In this document: one piece after another, positions 1-11,600 of the stretch
How the letters are laid out: every line of letters begins with the position of its first letter
Numbering within the stretch: position 1 is the first letter of the stretch
NCBI GenBank assembly: GCA_004764695.1
Contig: SMSO01000025.1
Span: forward strand, 2,542,001 to 2,606,000
DNA length: 64,000 bases
DNA from: Schizochytrium sp. TIO01
Lineage: Eukaryota > Protista > Bigyra: Labyrinthulomycetes
Reading direction: 5' to 3'
Made by a program: the position numbers and the translations under genes
Notes under the pieces: model-generated
The model's database searches: none
Told to the model about the DNA's origin: nothing
Seen by the model: the letters and a program-made list of their open reading frames with translations, nothing else

Positions 1-2083
1 TCCATGTACGCCAAGTTTTGCCATCTTCGGCCAAATAAGTATCCGTGCGTGCCAAGAGTGTGCAGCAGGAGTGTACATGCTCAGAGGCAGTACCGTAAGC
101 ACCATTGGTCCGCTTGGAAATAGCTTCAGCAAACATGCGGACCTCCTCGTGCCATGGCACATTTTCCATGGTAAGGTTAGAAGCATCGGACTTGCCGCAG
201 TAGGTAACAGCCTTGATCTCGATAAGGTCTGGCTGACCAAGCTCAATGAGTTTGGCGTAGCCTTCGAGCTCCTCCTCCATCATGTTCCACTGTTTCACCA
301 GTGTCAATCTATACACGGTACGTTGGCCCTTGTCACGAAGTGCCTCGAGACTACCTGTAAAGCGTTCCCAGAAGTCTTTGAAGAGAGGGCGGTCCACTTC
401 ACGCAGAGCGTCCTTGGTTGCAGCATCTACACTGACATAAAGCTGAGTTACAGGCTGAAGGTTCTTGATTGCGTCAGGGAATTGGGCATTGGTGACCAGA
501 AAGGTGGAGATCTTGCGCGCATGGAGCTCATCGACAAGTTCATTAATACGCGGGTACATGATGGGCTCACCAACGAGGGAGAGGGCACAGTGGCGAACGT
601 TGAAGGCCTCCTCAAGACGCTCAGGTTGGACTCCCGGAACGCCCTTCATCTGTTTAATCATGCTACAGTGCAGATCGACGGCCTGGCCAACGATGTCTGC
701 AGGGTCATCCTCCTTCCAGCGCCACTCGCGACCAACGGGGTTCTTATGATGCCGCCAGCAGAAGACACATTTGTTTGCACACGCCAAACTCGGAGTGGCC
801 TCCATGCACTGGTAAGAGGTGATACCGTAAAAGGTGTGCTTGTAGCAACCACCACGTCCACGTAGCTGATGCTTGGTCCAGCGGCAGAGCTTGACGGCAG
901 AGTGGGTTCCAATAATCTTGTATCCTTCCTTTGTCAGGGCCTTGCGCTGAGAGCTGGTGACCATGTCAGGGCGCTCCGCTCCGGGCTCATTCGAAGTGTT
1001 TGTGCCGACAACAATGATATCCTCCATATCAGCAAGCATCATCTCGTTGATACGATCCTCCTCGTCATCAAGCGGTGATACAAAGTCCTCTTCGAGAGGG
1101 GATTCAATTGCAGCTTGTTTGTTGGTCTGGGCCTTGCCATTTGCGGGTCCGCGTTTGGTCGGGGCGCGCTCAGGAAGTGCGACGTTCTCATCACGATCAA
1201 TTGCCGCGCGAACACGCCCACCGAGGTTGTCGATCTTGGCACGGGAGTCAGAGTCATCAACAAGGATCGGAAGGCATAAACGACGTCCTCCGAGCTTGCC
1301 AAGAACGTCGTCAAGGCGCCAGCCAGTGCGGCAGAAGAGACCCTTTTCGTACTCGCGGCTGCCAAGAGCCACGACTGCAAAACGAAGATTAGACAGGTAG
1401 CGAGCCTTATCCACACGAAAGTCCAAAGCCATATCCTCGAGCCAAGCCAGCAGAGGCTGGCCAACTTCAGGCGCCTCACCATCAGTCCATGTGGGCATGA
1501 CGAAGATGACAACCTTCTCCTCCTCGAGATCGTCCGCAAACTCGTAGTTTTCAACGGCGATGGCCTTGGCTCCAGGAATTCCGGTGGCAACAATATCCGC
1601 AATGCGCCGGGCAGTTCCGGTGGTCGTGGCGTAGATAATCTTAATCTTGGCTTTGCGGCCTTCTTGGATAGCGGCATTTGTGTTAAAGCCCTCGGCATCA
1701 AATTCGTCGATTTCCTCATCATCCTCGTCGACGTCTGTGTCATCGTTGTTGCTGCTGTTCTTGACAGCGTTTACAGCTGCATTTGCGGCAGAGTTTGCAG
1801 ACGCAATGGCTGCACTGAGCTTGTCATCGACGGTATTCTTCACATTCGTTGCAGCATCGGCAGCAGCGTGAGCCCACGAGTTGAGGTTTTCCGCGACTCG
1901 TTCCCGAGCCTCCTGGAGGGCCTCAGCAGTCTCGTCTGCTAGCTCCAAGAAGGGCTTCTCGAGAGACTTGTCAGAGTTTCCACGCGCATCTCTGTAGCGT
2001 CTGTGGCCGGCCACAGCAGCCGCGGCCAACGCCACGGCACCTGCCGCAAAGGCCAATGCCGTCGCGCCTGAGCTCTGTGACAT
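1..2083 (-). CDS. TYW1: tRNA wybutosine-synthesizing protein 1 (flavodoxin + radical SAM); 3' end runs off the window
   Basis: Manual translation of the minus strand from ATG 2083 (alternative in-frame ATG at 2110) is open to position 1. It shows a hydrophobic N-terminus, a flavodoxin motif IKIIYATTTGTARRIA, then GYKIIGTHSAVKLCRWTKHQLRGRGGCYKHTFYGI, the radical-SAM CxxxCxxC (CANKCVFC), HCALSLVGEP, STFLVTN and WRTW. It is absent from the ORF track because the stop lies outside the window. Confidence 0.95.
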   Translation of the reverse strand, partial: MSQSSGATALAFAAGAVALAAAAVAGHRRYRDARGNSDKSLEKPFLELADETAEALQEARERVAENLNSWAHAAADAATNVKNTVDDKLSAAIASANSAANAAVNAVKNSSNNDDTDVDEDDEEIDEFDAEGFNTNAAIQEGRKAKIKIIYATTTGTARRIADIVATGIPGAKAIAVENYEFADDLEEEKVVIFVMPTWTDGEAPEVGQPLLAWLEDMALDFRVDKARYLSNLRFAVVALGSREYEKGLFCRTGWRLDDVLGKLGGRRLCLPILVDDSDSRAKIDNLGGRVRAAIDRDENVALPERAPTKRGPANGKAQTNKQAAIESPLEEDFVSPLDDEEDRINEMMLADMEDIIVVGTNTSNEPGAERPDMVTSSQRKALTKEGYKIIGTHSAVKLCRWTKHQLRGRGGCYKHTFYGITSYQCMEATPSLACANKCVFCWRHHKNPVGREWRWKEDDPADIVGQAVDLHCSMIKQMKGVPGVQPERLEEAFNVRHCALSLVGEPIMYPRINELVDELHARKISTFLVTNAQFPDAIKNLQPVTQLYVSVDAATKDALREVDRPLFKDFWERFTGSLEALRDKGQRTVYRLTLVKQWNMMEEELEGYAKLIELGQPDLIEIKAVTYCGKSDASNLTMENVPWHEEVRMFAEAISKRTNGAYGTASEHVHSCCTLLARTDTYLAEDGKTWRTW

Positions 2084-3350
2084 CCTGGTTCCGAGTTTGC
2101 CACCAGTCATCAGTTATAAGATGTAAGCAGTAGGACATAATACTGTAGAATAAGCAAACCTACTATAGGTTATAAGCCCGTACTATGCAGTATACAAATT
2201 TACTATAGACTAAAGCCTTCAGAGAAGTCATCCCTAAGCCTGCTCAGTTCTTAGCAAGTTCCTCGCAGCCGCAAAATACAGAGACCTGTAGATGGACCAT
2301 ATCCTCCTTTCGATGTGTTTTACAACTCAGTCGGTATACTTGTGCCAGCATTGGGGTGATCTCTCTTGGCATCTTCAGAAAACGAGACGAACTCGAGACA
2401 ACTTGTACCACAACTATCAAAAGAGACAACAGAAGGCATTTCTCTTCTTCTTCTTAATCTACACTAGCCTAGATACTCCTATCGAAGCATTAGGGACTCC
2501 TAATATCCTATTTTATGCCCTTAAAGAGGCCATCGTAGTATAACTAAGCTAAGTACTACGCCTAATATTGCCATCACCAGTTCCCAGGTTCTGAGCCAGA
2601 GGCACTTTCGTGTAAAACGGCGATGGCTCACGCTCATGTCAGCGCACCATTGCAGTGGGGATCTAGTGCTCTCGACCTTCCGCATCCCAGGCCATTTTAC
2701 TCTGCTCCGCTGCAATCCGACTGCTGAGAAATTCTCAATGGCCAAGCGAATTCTGCAGAAGAACTACTGCAAATCGGCCCTAGTTCAACATCGTAGGTAT
2801 CTGCTAGCAGGCTGCCTCGATATCTGCCTCCTATGTTAATCCCTAACAGTCCCCCCTTCATGCTACCCTTACCGTGGGCCTACCGCTCACCTACCATATA
2901 CTTGCCACCTAAGTAAACCTTATCCACTCTTACATGGGAGTCTCTGTACTAGATTCCCGTATTGCCGCTATGACTAACATATATGTTACTGTAAATACTA
3001 GCAACACCTGAGCTCCTATTGTGGTGCTATGAGTATCTGCTAGGTACGTACCTACTTCGGTATTAACACACACTCACGAGTGAAGAAGGAATTAGGAAAA
3101 CAACTCAACTCGAGTTGACTATTATCTGTAGGTATTGCAAACTTACTGCGAGCACTGATAGATACGCATAGGCTCGTAACTTGATAGCAATGGGTCATCC
3201 CTCTCGCTTTATCATACGCTATAAACACTTCTAAACCTGAGCCCCAAAGCTCAGGCTGAGCAGGAGATAGACTATCAATTTACATATTTTTCATCTACTG
3301 CTACTGCTAACACATACTTAACCACTCCTATGTTTGGCCTTCATTTTTTC

Positions 3351-3352
<2 letters not shown>

Positions 3353-3399
<47 letters not shown>

Positions 3400-3420
3400 C
3401 ATTCATTCATTCATACTTTC

Positions 3421-3461
<41 letters not shown>

Positions 3462-3488
3462 CTCATTCATTCATTCATTCATACTTTC

Positions 3489-3525
<37 letters not shown>

Positions 3526-3615
3526 CTCATTCATTCATTCATTCATTCATTCATTCATTCATACATACATTCATTCATACATACATTCATTCATACATAC
3601 ATTCATTCATTCATT
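3353..3615. repeat. Compound tetranucleotide microsatellite (ATTG)n/(ATTC)n/(ATAC)n with higher-order periodicity
   Basis: Directly visible. Blocks of (ATTG)n followed by (ATTC)n recur three times, the first two ending in ATACTTTC. Confidence 0.97.
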
Positions 3616-4064
3616 AATGCCCTATAATGCCGTCGATCTCTATGTGTCCCTCTATGATAAACAGTATTGGTCCCTATTGCTCCACTCATCGAGCCGTTCA
3701 AAACCACCCGTTCTCACGTTCTCCCGTTCTCCCACCCCGTTCCAGGAATTCCTTACGTTCCACACGTTCCTTTGCAAAACCCCTTTTAGTTCCCCGCTGC
3801 CCCCCTTGAGCCGCAAGCAACTAGGGTTAGGGCACGGAATTATAGTACAGGGTAGCTGGATTCTAGGCGAGGCGAAGGCGGCGCGATGGGGGGGCAGCGC
3901 GGAAGCAGCGGTGGAGAAGAAGACTTGGCGGAGCAAGGGGCGGCAATGAGGGGGAACGCGGGGAACAGGGAGGGCGGCCGAGGAATGGAGGGCGGGAGAG
4001 CAGCAGACGACTTTGCTCTGGCTGGAGGCTCCGGTTTGCTTTTGGCGAAGACAAGGCAGCGAAG

Positions 4065-5532
4065 ATGGGCCGCATCATCCGCGCGCAGCGTAAGGGTTGC
4101 TCGCCGGTCTTCAGAGTACGTGGCTCGACGCTTGGTGGCCCGCTGCGACGTGCGGCGGCTGAGCTGGATGGCAGGCATGGCGGCATGGATGGATGGAGGC
4201 GAGGAGGAGGAGGAGCGGCGACCGAGACGAAAAGGCGCGCGCTGGACTACTCCTCGGAAAGCTTGGGAGGGACCAGGAGGCGAAGGACAGGGGCCGCGGA
4301 GTCGCACGGCGAAGACGACGTGGTCTCCAAGGCCGCCCCAGCAATACGCCGGGCGCGTGAGGAAAAAATGCGAATTTCTTCCAATGGCCTCGTAAAGTCC
4401 TTTGACGAACGGTAGCCCAATCGAGTAGCAAAAACAACGCAGTTGCGATGGAGAGGGAAAAAGAGGAGCCAGAAACGCAGGGATACTCCGTGCGCAAGAA
4501 GTTCTCCTTTGACCTCCGTTGAATTCTGTCGTAGTACTTTGGGAGACTGAAATCACGTGTCCGTGATGTTCGTATGCACATATGTAGTTTATTTATATAT
4601 ATACATACATACATTCACACAAGAAACGCTGAGGAAGGTTTATGCCAAGTGCAAAACTTTTGCAGACCTCGTTCTGAAATACATGAATGCCTGACAGAGA
4701 GATCAGCCGCGACGCATTGTCCTTGTGTGGCATGTTCGGTTATTGAAAGGGTGAGAGAGATATACTGACGTAAAAACTATTGGTTTTCTGCTTGTTTGTT
4801 TGGTGAATTGCACAGTCGCACACCCACACTCGCAAGGGTGCCGCAAAGCTCCGCGTGCACGACTACAGCGAGCGCCATGGCTACCTCAAGGGTGTCGTGA
4901 AGGACATCATCCACGACCCTGGTCGTGGTGCCCCCCTTGCCGTCGTTGCCTTCCGCAACCCGTACAAGTTCAAGAAGGACAAGGAGCTTATGGTCGCCAC
5001 CGAGGGTACCTACACCGGTCAGTTCATCTACGCTGGTGCTAAGGCAAAGATGGATGTCGGTAACATCCTCCCCCTCAGCGCCATGCCCGAGGGTACCGTT
5101 GTGTGCTGCCTTGAGCAGACCGCCGGTGACCGCGGTAAGATCGCCAAGGCCTCTGGTGAGTACTGCACCATCAAGATCCACGACCTCGACAACGGCAAGA
5201 CCCAGGTCGCCCTCCCCTCCGGCAACAAGAAGATCCTCCCCTCTGCATGCCGCGCCATGGTCGGCCTCGTCGCCGGTGGTGGCCGCATGGACAAGCCCCT
5301 CCTCAAGGCCGGTGCTGCCTTCCACAAGTACCGCGTCAAGCGTAACGAGTGGCCCAAGGTCCGTGGTGTTGCCATGAACCCTGTTGAGCACCCTCACGGT
5401 GGTGGTAACCACCAGCACATTGGCCACGCCTCCACCGTCAAGCGTGACGCCCCCGCCGGTAAGCGTGTCGGTCTCATCGCTGCCCGCCGTACCGGTCTTC
5501 ACCGTGGCCGTACTGCTGCCAAGGACGAGTAA
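4065..5532 (+). CDS. RPL8: 60S ribosomal protein L8 (uL2); exons 4065-4115 and 4816-5532, 255 aa
   Basis: Exon 1 encodes [17 protein letters not shown], followed by a GTACGT donor at 4116, branch site TACTGAC at 4763 and a CAG acceptor at 4815. Exon 2 continues in frame with [48 protein letters not shown]. Codon bias is strong. Confidence 0.97.
4116..4815 (+). other. Spliceosomal GT-AG intron of RPL8 (700 nt)
   Basis: Donor GTACGT, branch TACTGAC, AG-free tract to CAG. Removal restores the canonical uL2 N-terminus. Confidence 0.92.
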
Positions 5533-5672
5533 ATGTCTCTGGCTTGACGTGGCGTTGTGGTGCTTGATAATGGCTGCGGGCTCAGGTGCTGTCAGATCAA
5601 TACTTGGGCGTGTGTCCGCCGTTTATTGCTTTTCCACATCACACAAGAACCATAACAAAAAACAAAATGCTT

Positions 5673-8600
5673 TTATTGGTGCGGATCCATTACTAATACT
5701 GTTTGCAAAAGTACCCATTTTTGGGGCGGGTGTAGCTTGCTAGATAAATTGGCCGTAAAAATGTAAGTCTCTGCGCGCCTCTGCGTTCGGTATACCGGTG
5801 TTTGGTAAACCTGAGCATTTCGAGTAAGATCCTCATCTTTTGGAACTGCTCGAATGTTGATGACTGGCATTGCTTGAATAGTTTCCTTGGGCTTGGATGG
5901 CATCAATGTTCCATTGTTGGTGTCCCATGCCGCACCTTCTAGGTACAGCCCTGTGATGAAGTATCCATTGTGAGACGCTTGATCCACATCTTGTAATTCG
6001 CGTTTCGTCACTTCGGTGACAATGACGAGCTTATCAAGCTCAGTTTGGCCCTGACGAGCTGAGGCTTGCAGAATTGCTGTCAGGAACGCATTTGGATTAA
6101 AGAAACCTGAAATCCATGTGCACCGCACTTCTCCTTGAGGGTCCACGCAAAATTCTTGTAGTTGAGTAATGCGAACTTGCAAATCAGCCAACCAGGCGCC
6201 CAAGGGGCGTTGCGTTGGGTAAGACACCCGTTTCCATGCGTTTGGCACTTGGTCTAGATACAAGGCTTGCATCAAGCGCTCCATCGCATCTGTCATGATT
6301 AAATCTCCCTTAAAACCAAGTTCTAGCTCGGTAAGTGAGCTCACCATTTCTGTGAGGAGGGATTGCATCCGCGAGCACTCTTGTAAATACATGTTCTGAA
6401 ATGGAGTTATCTCTTCATCCTCCAGCATTGCGCGTGCTCCAGGGATGTCAAGATGCAAGTCACGGTATGTCTCTAGCATATCTTGTAGCATTGCCTCAGC
6501 AATATGTTGTGCCGATTGTCCATCACCCTCCTCTTCATGATCACTAGGCTGGAGAGACTGCAACAAACTGAAGATGCGAGCATTTGCATCCGTGCGAAAG
6601 CCAATTTCAGCGTTAGGGTGAAGACCATAGGCCAATGGAGTCTCTTTACTGGTGAGGTTGGTGTGAATGTGGTCTAAGTATCGTTCGTGAGTCTGCATGG
6701 AAGAGACGACAAAACTGTTCATTGAACCATGCATGCCACCCGATGCACCACCATTATCCATGCCGTCACCATCCATACCAAAGTCATCCCCACCGTTGTT
6801 AGCACTCCCATTGTCGTTGGCAGAAGTTCGGTGTGCATGCTTATCAACATACGGGAACATCTGCATATCATCAAATAGAGCATCACGCATGTAGTACGAA
6901 AGGTACACATTACAGACCCTGCGATCAAAGTCGTCAATAATATGGCCTCCATACATGATCTCGCCAAACAAGTATCTCAAATCGTCCCATGGAACACGAG
7001 TCGATGTGTGTGCGTCCATATAGTTATGCAGAACCATTGCGCACGCAGTGAGGTCTTGATTACTGAACGGATACTGTAAATTGAAGCCCTTGCTAAGGTA
7101 GGTCTTGCGCTCCAAGAGAACCGAATGAAAGTAGCATAGCCCAAAGAGAATACTCCTCGACTTTGCATCAGCATTGTCAACCTCTTCAGGAGGGAACTGA
7201 GCCCATGCCCTTGTTAGGTTGGCTTTCAATCCCGACGGAGGCTCATTTGTCAACCGGATGCTCCTATCTAAGAGACCAACAGGAATATGTGGGCATGGGT
7301 CTGAGCTCAAAAAGAGACGGAAGTTATCATGTTGACCCATTCGATTGAAATTATCAAGTTTCTTGACAAGTTCATTCAACCAACTGGGCATGAGATGCAG
7401 GTTATTGAGAAAGACCCACCCGCCCTTTTTATTTGCATTTTCGAGAGCTTGAATCGCCACCGTGTCTTGCCCTTGACCAAGACTTATATTAGCATACATA
7501 TTGTTCTTGTCCAGTCCTTTACGCTTTGCAAGACGTTCTACATCAACCGCAACATTTGACCCCGGGCTGAGCACAAAGTAGATTGGCGTATCCGAGCGAC
7601 TATCGGCAAACACTTGTTCAAGAAGTTGATAAGAGTTGAGCTGAGAATCGCAGTCAGTGAATTGATCTCCGTTCGGCAACGTTTTCCGAACAAAGCTTTG
7701 CAAAGCCACCATAACTCGATCTGGACGTAGCGCTCGTATAACTAATATTTTCATAAAAGGCTTCTTTTCGAGTTCGCGCCAATCAAGTGGCAGTTTCTCG
7801 GTCTCCGGGCACACACTATTGTACCATTCTCTGAAGCGAGGTGCAGATTCAATCATATCTGACGGAAGATGCTCAAAGCCTGGAATTTCAGCCAACGCAC
7901 ATACGCGTTGCCACAGCATATCCGGAAGCCAATCAATCTCATTATCAAGGTCGAATCGTTGCGGAGCGCGTAAAAGAAAATTGAGCGCTTCTGCATCAAA
8001 TCGATCCTCCGGGTGCCTCAACTTGATAATACCTCTCCTTAAGAGACTAAACGTTAGTTGGGCTAAGAACACCGTTTTGTGCGTTTCGAACAATCCTCTC
8101 GACACCATCTTAAAAATTGTGGCTCGTACGGATTTAACCAACGCTAGCACCCGAGCTTCTTCGGCGTTTTCGCCCTCACCAGGCTCAGATGACCGTGCAG
8201 AGGATTTAGTTTCAGTTTCTTCGTCTCCAGCTTGTTCGTCTCCTTCTGCCAAAACAGAAGAGTTGAGATCATGAGAATACGTTGCACCCCGAAGCGCCTT
8301 ATCAAAAAAGCGAATAAAGATGTCCAGAGAGTACTGGTACATGTGATTGACGGAGGGCAATTGCAAAAGCATAAAGTAGAGCATACTAGATTCCATGGCT
8401 ACTGCACGATAAACCTCACGCGCTTCGTTGATGCCTTTTTCGGTCTGATGTCCACGCTCAACAGCCTTGGCCACATCATCTGCAGTCGCTTTTGTGGCTT
8501 CAAGACTTTCAATAAGAGGTACATCTGATAGAATATCAGGAGGCGCATTAGACAGCTTCTCGAGGAGAGTGTTTTCTAACTCAACCAGCTGTATCTTGTA

Positions 8601-11600
8601 CTTGTTAAACGCGAGTTGAAGATCTTGTTTCTCCTTTTCTAATTCAGCTTTCTCGAAGCTTACAACGCGCGCCAGCAGTTGGTCCTCAAGACCAGCTTCA
8701 GTAACAATGAAATTAATCAGCGTGCACTGCGCAAGTAATTCAGGCTTGAAATGCGGGTTACTCATTCGAGTAGTGAGGATTAATCTGAACTTGGAATCAA
8801 ATTCTACCTCGTGACCTCCGATTTGGAGGAATGGCTGTCGACCCTTGAAGATAAATGAACGTGAAAGAAGAGGCTCTAATGTTGCATCAAGCTCTTGAGG
8901 GATATTTTCAATGAGCACAGTACGACCACGCTCAATTGCACTTAATAAGGTTGGAAGCAAGTGAGGTGAAGAGGCTTGTATCTCCATAAGCAGCGGAAGA
9001 TCTTCCATGACATCACGCTTGCTCATAAACTTGCTCAGCTGCTTACCCTTTGCACCAAGAAACCGACTTGACAAACGGCGAGCATCTGCACCAGGAGAAG
9101 TAACCCCGAGACCGTTTTTGGAAGCCTTGAAAGAGCGCACCTCTTCTTTACCGTTCTTTGGAGCGCTACCATCACCAAAATGCGTACGTAACCATGATAA
9201 GACCTGCATTTGAGGATCAATGATTAGTGGCCAGCGAGTATTGGAACTGGCAATGATGGCTCCATTCTCCAAAGAAAAGCTGTCCACAGGCAAACCCTCC
9301 ATACCCCACTGAGCAAGCGCAGAGTCTGATGCAAGAACTGCAAGCGGTGTGATTCCTTCTGTAAGAGGTATTTCGCGAGACAGAATGTCATTGGTCCAAA
9401 TATCACGCCATAAACTTGTTCGCATGCTACTATCAAATGCTCCAATGTAAGAAACAAAGGCTGCTGCTAGTAGTGTATCTCCAACCAGGGTCTCACGTCG
9501 ATTCTCAAGAGCCTGTACTTGTTTTTCCCACCGAGTGTTTTCACTAGCAAGGCCATTTACCAAACGTTCGGCAAGTTTTAGCCGATCTGTGCAAATTGCA
9601 GCTTCAGCTTCAACCTTGGACTTTTCATTCGTAGCTAACTTAAAATTCTGTTGAAGCTCATCCAAACGAACTTCTGCATCCTTCAGCTGGGATTCGACTC
9701 TGGCGAGGTCAGACATCGCTTCTTCACTATCACTCCGAGCTTCTTCGAGGCGATCCATCAAGGGCTTCACCTTTTTGTAAATCTTGTTATACTCACATAT
9801 GTTGATCACCCAATTCGCCATATTAGCTGCTGCAGACGACTTCTTAGAAAGCTTTTCAAAAGTAAACTCCGGGTCGCTTACGATAGGAGCAATGCGATCA
9901 ATAAGGTCTTCAGGAATGTTTTTGGCATCATACTCCTCAAGACTTTGCTTGAATTTGTCAATGTTATTCATCATTCGTTTCGCATTATCCCAGCTGAAGT
10001 TACGCTTTTCGTTTTTGATCATCATCAGAACACAGGTGGTTACTTTGTCAACACCAGCCGGTGGTTTGGTCAAGGATTTGAGTTCTGTTAAACTAGCTTT
10101 TGTCAGACAATTGACTGCCTCCTCGGCTTGATCCATAGCCGGCTGCGCAGCAGCAAGCTCCGTTTCAGCATCTTCTTCAATTTCCTTGGCTTGCTTTGCA
10201 AAAGTTTCAGCCCTGATTCGTTCCTTTGAGGCGACCTTTTGCTGAGCCTCCGCATCGGCCCGCTGCTGAGCCATTTGTGCTAGAAGTTCGTCGGTAGCTT
10301 CCTTTCTTTCTTCAACACGAGACAAAGTCTCCTTAAGATCTTGCTGAAGATCTGCTACGTCATGAGCAGTGCTGCGTAGAGTTTCTAACCCGCCACCAAG
10401 CCTTGTGAGATTTTGATGCAAGGACGTTCGTTTCTCTTCAAGGAGAGAGCGGTAGAAACTTAACATCTCCAGGAAGCTCTTCGGAGTAACGTAGTTGTAC
10501 CTTTTCTGCGTATCAAAGTAACGCTGGCTCATTTCTGTCACACTGAGATGAACTTCGGCAATATGATGCATTACGTTTTCGGCCACATCATCATTTGCAA
10601 AGCCTGCACCTCGAAGAAACCGGCCTGCGACAGCAACGAGAGCATCGCGAGGCCATGGATGAAACCAATCAATCGACGTACAATTGATAAGTCCCGGGAA
10701 GCGGCGAGCTCGAACTCGGAGCGCTTCGCCAACAGGAGAATGACATAGAATGATATGCAAGGTTCGTTTGACACGTGAAATGAAAAAGTCCATCATATGA
10801 GACTTGCTGGTTGTAGGCACACCAGCAAGTTTGGCCTCTGACCTCAGTGATGCAAAAATGCCATCTAATTCATCTGACGCAAAGAGGTCAGGAATTAGAC
10901 CACTAGAAAGAATGTCATTTATGTAAACTAAGAACCTTTCGTCGATGATCTGGTTTTCCGTAAGAAGCAAAACCACAGGAGAGTTTATTCGTAGGCCTGC
11001 GCGCCTGTACAATCCTTTAAGGCTTTCTTTAAAGTCAGCGAGTCCGTAGCCACTAGTCACTGGTATCTGTACGATGTCATACCTGCAAATAAACGCGGCC
11101 AGCCGAGATAGGCTCTGCTTTCCAGAACCACCTACACCAACTAGAAGAGCATTTCCACCCGGCGTGCCGATGATGCGTGCAATACGACAGACATGTTCAG
11201 CAGCTAATTTAAAGAGGACCAGATCCATCTTTGCTTTTGATTGATTGTAGCTTTGAAGATGATCTTCGAGGCAAGCCTGTACATCATTCATTGTAGCAGC
11301 TCCAATGTACGGGCCAGCACGTCTTGTTGTTGATCGATTTGCTCCTTCTGAAACCTGGCTACTGTCGAGGGTTGCTGCATCAACGCTCTCATCGTGGACA
11401 CCAGAGGGTAAAATTGAGCCATCTACTCCTCCAAGACTAGAGCTTGCAGCGGCAGCGCTTTCTACAGCAGACGCCGTAAGTAAGGCCTGTGAGGAAGGGC
11501 GTACAAAATCTGCATAAATCAATGGTTCCTCAAACATTTCATCTTGCTCCTCCTCAAAATACTTCTTTGAGACACCAACAATGATTGAGCGAAAATTAGA

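Noticed and set aside
71-865. 264-aa + strand ORF and other ORFs over 71-1942
   Set aside because: Antisense or alternate-frame shadows of TYW1, which occupies the minus strand.
3822-3832. Telo-box-like TAGGGTTAGGG upstream of RPL8
   Set aside because: Only two units, and the same string occurs inside the RhoGAP CDS (~58035), so chance cannot be excluded.
3518-4614. Several 100-240-aa ORFs
   Set aside because: They arise from the microsatellite and the GC-rich RPL8 promoter/intron and have low-complexity translations.
4560-4700. Intronic box C/D snoRNA in RPL8
   Set aside because: Only an imperfect C box (GTGATGT), no terminal stem and no recognisable rRNA guide.
4777-5502. 241-aa minus-strand ORF
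   Set aside because: Antisense shadow of codon-biased RPL8 exon 2.
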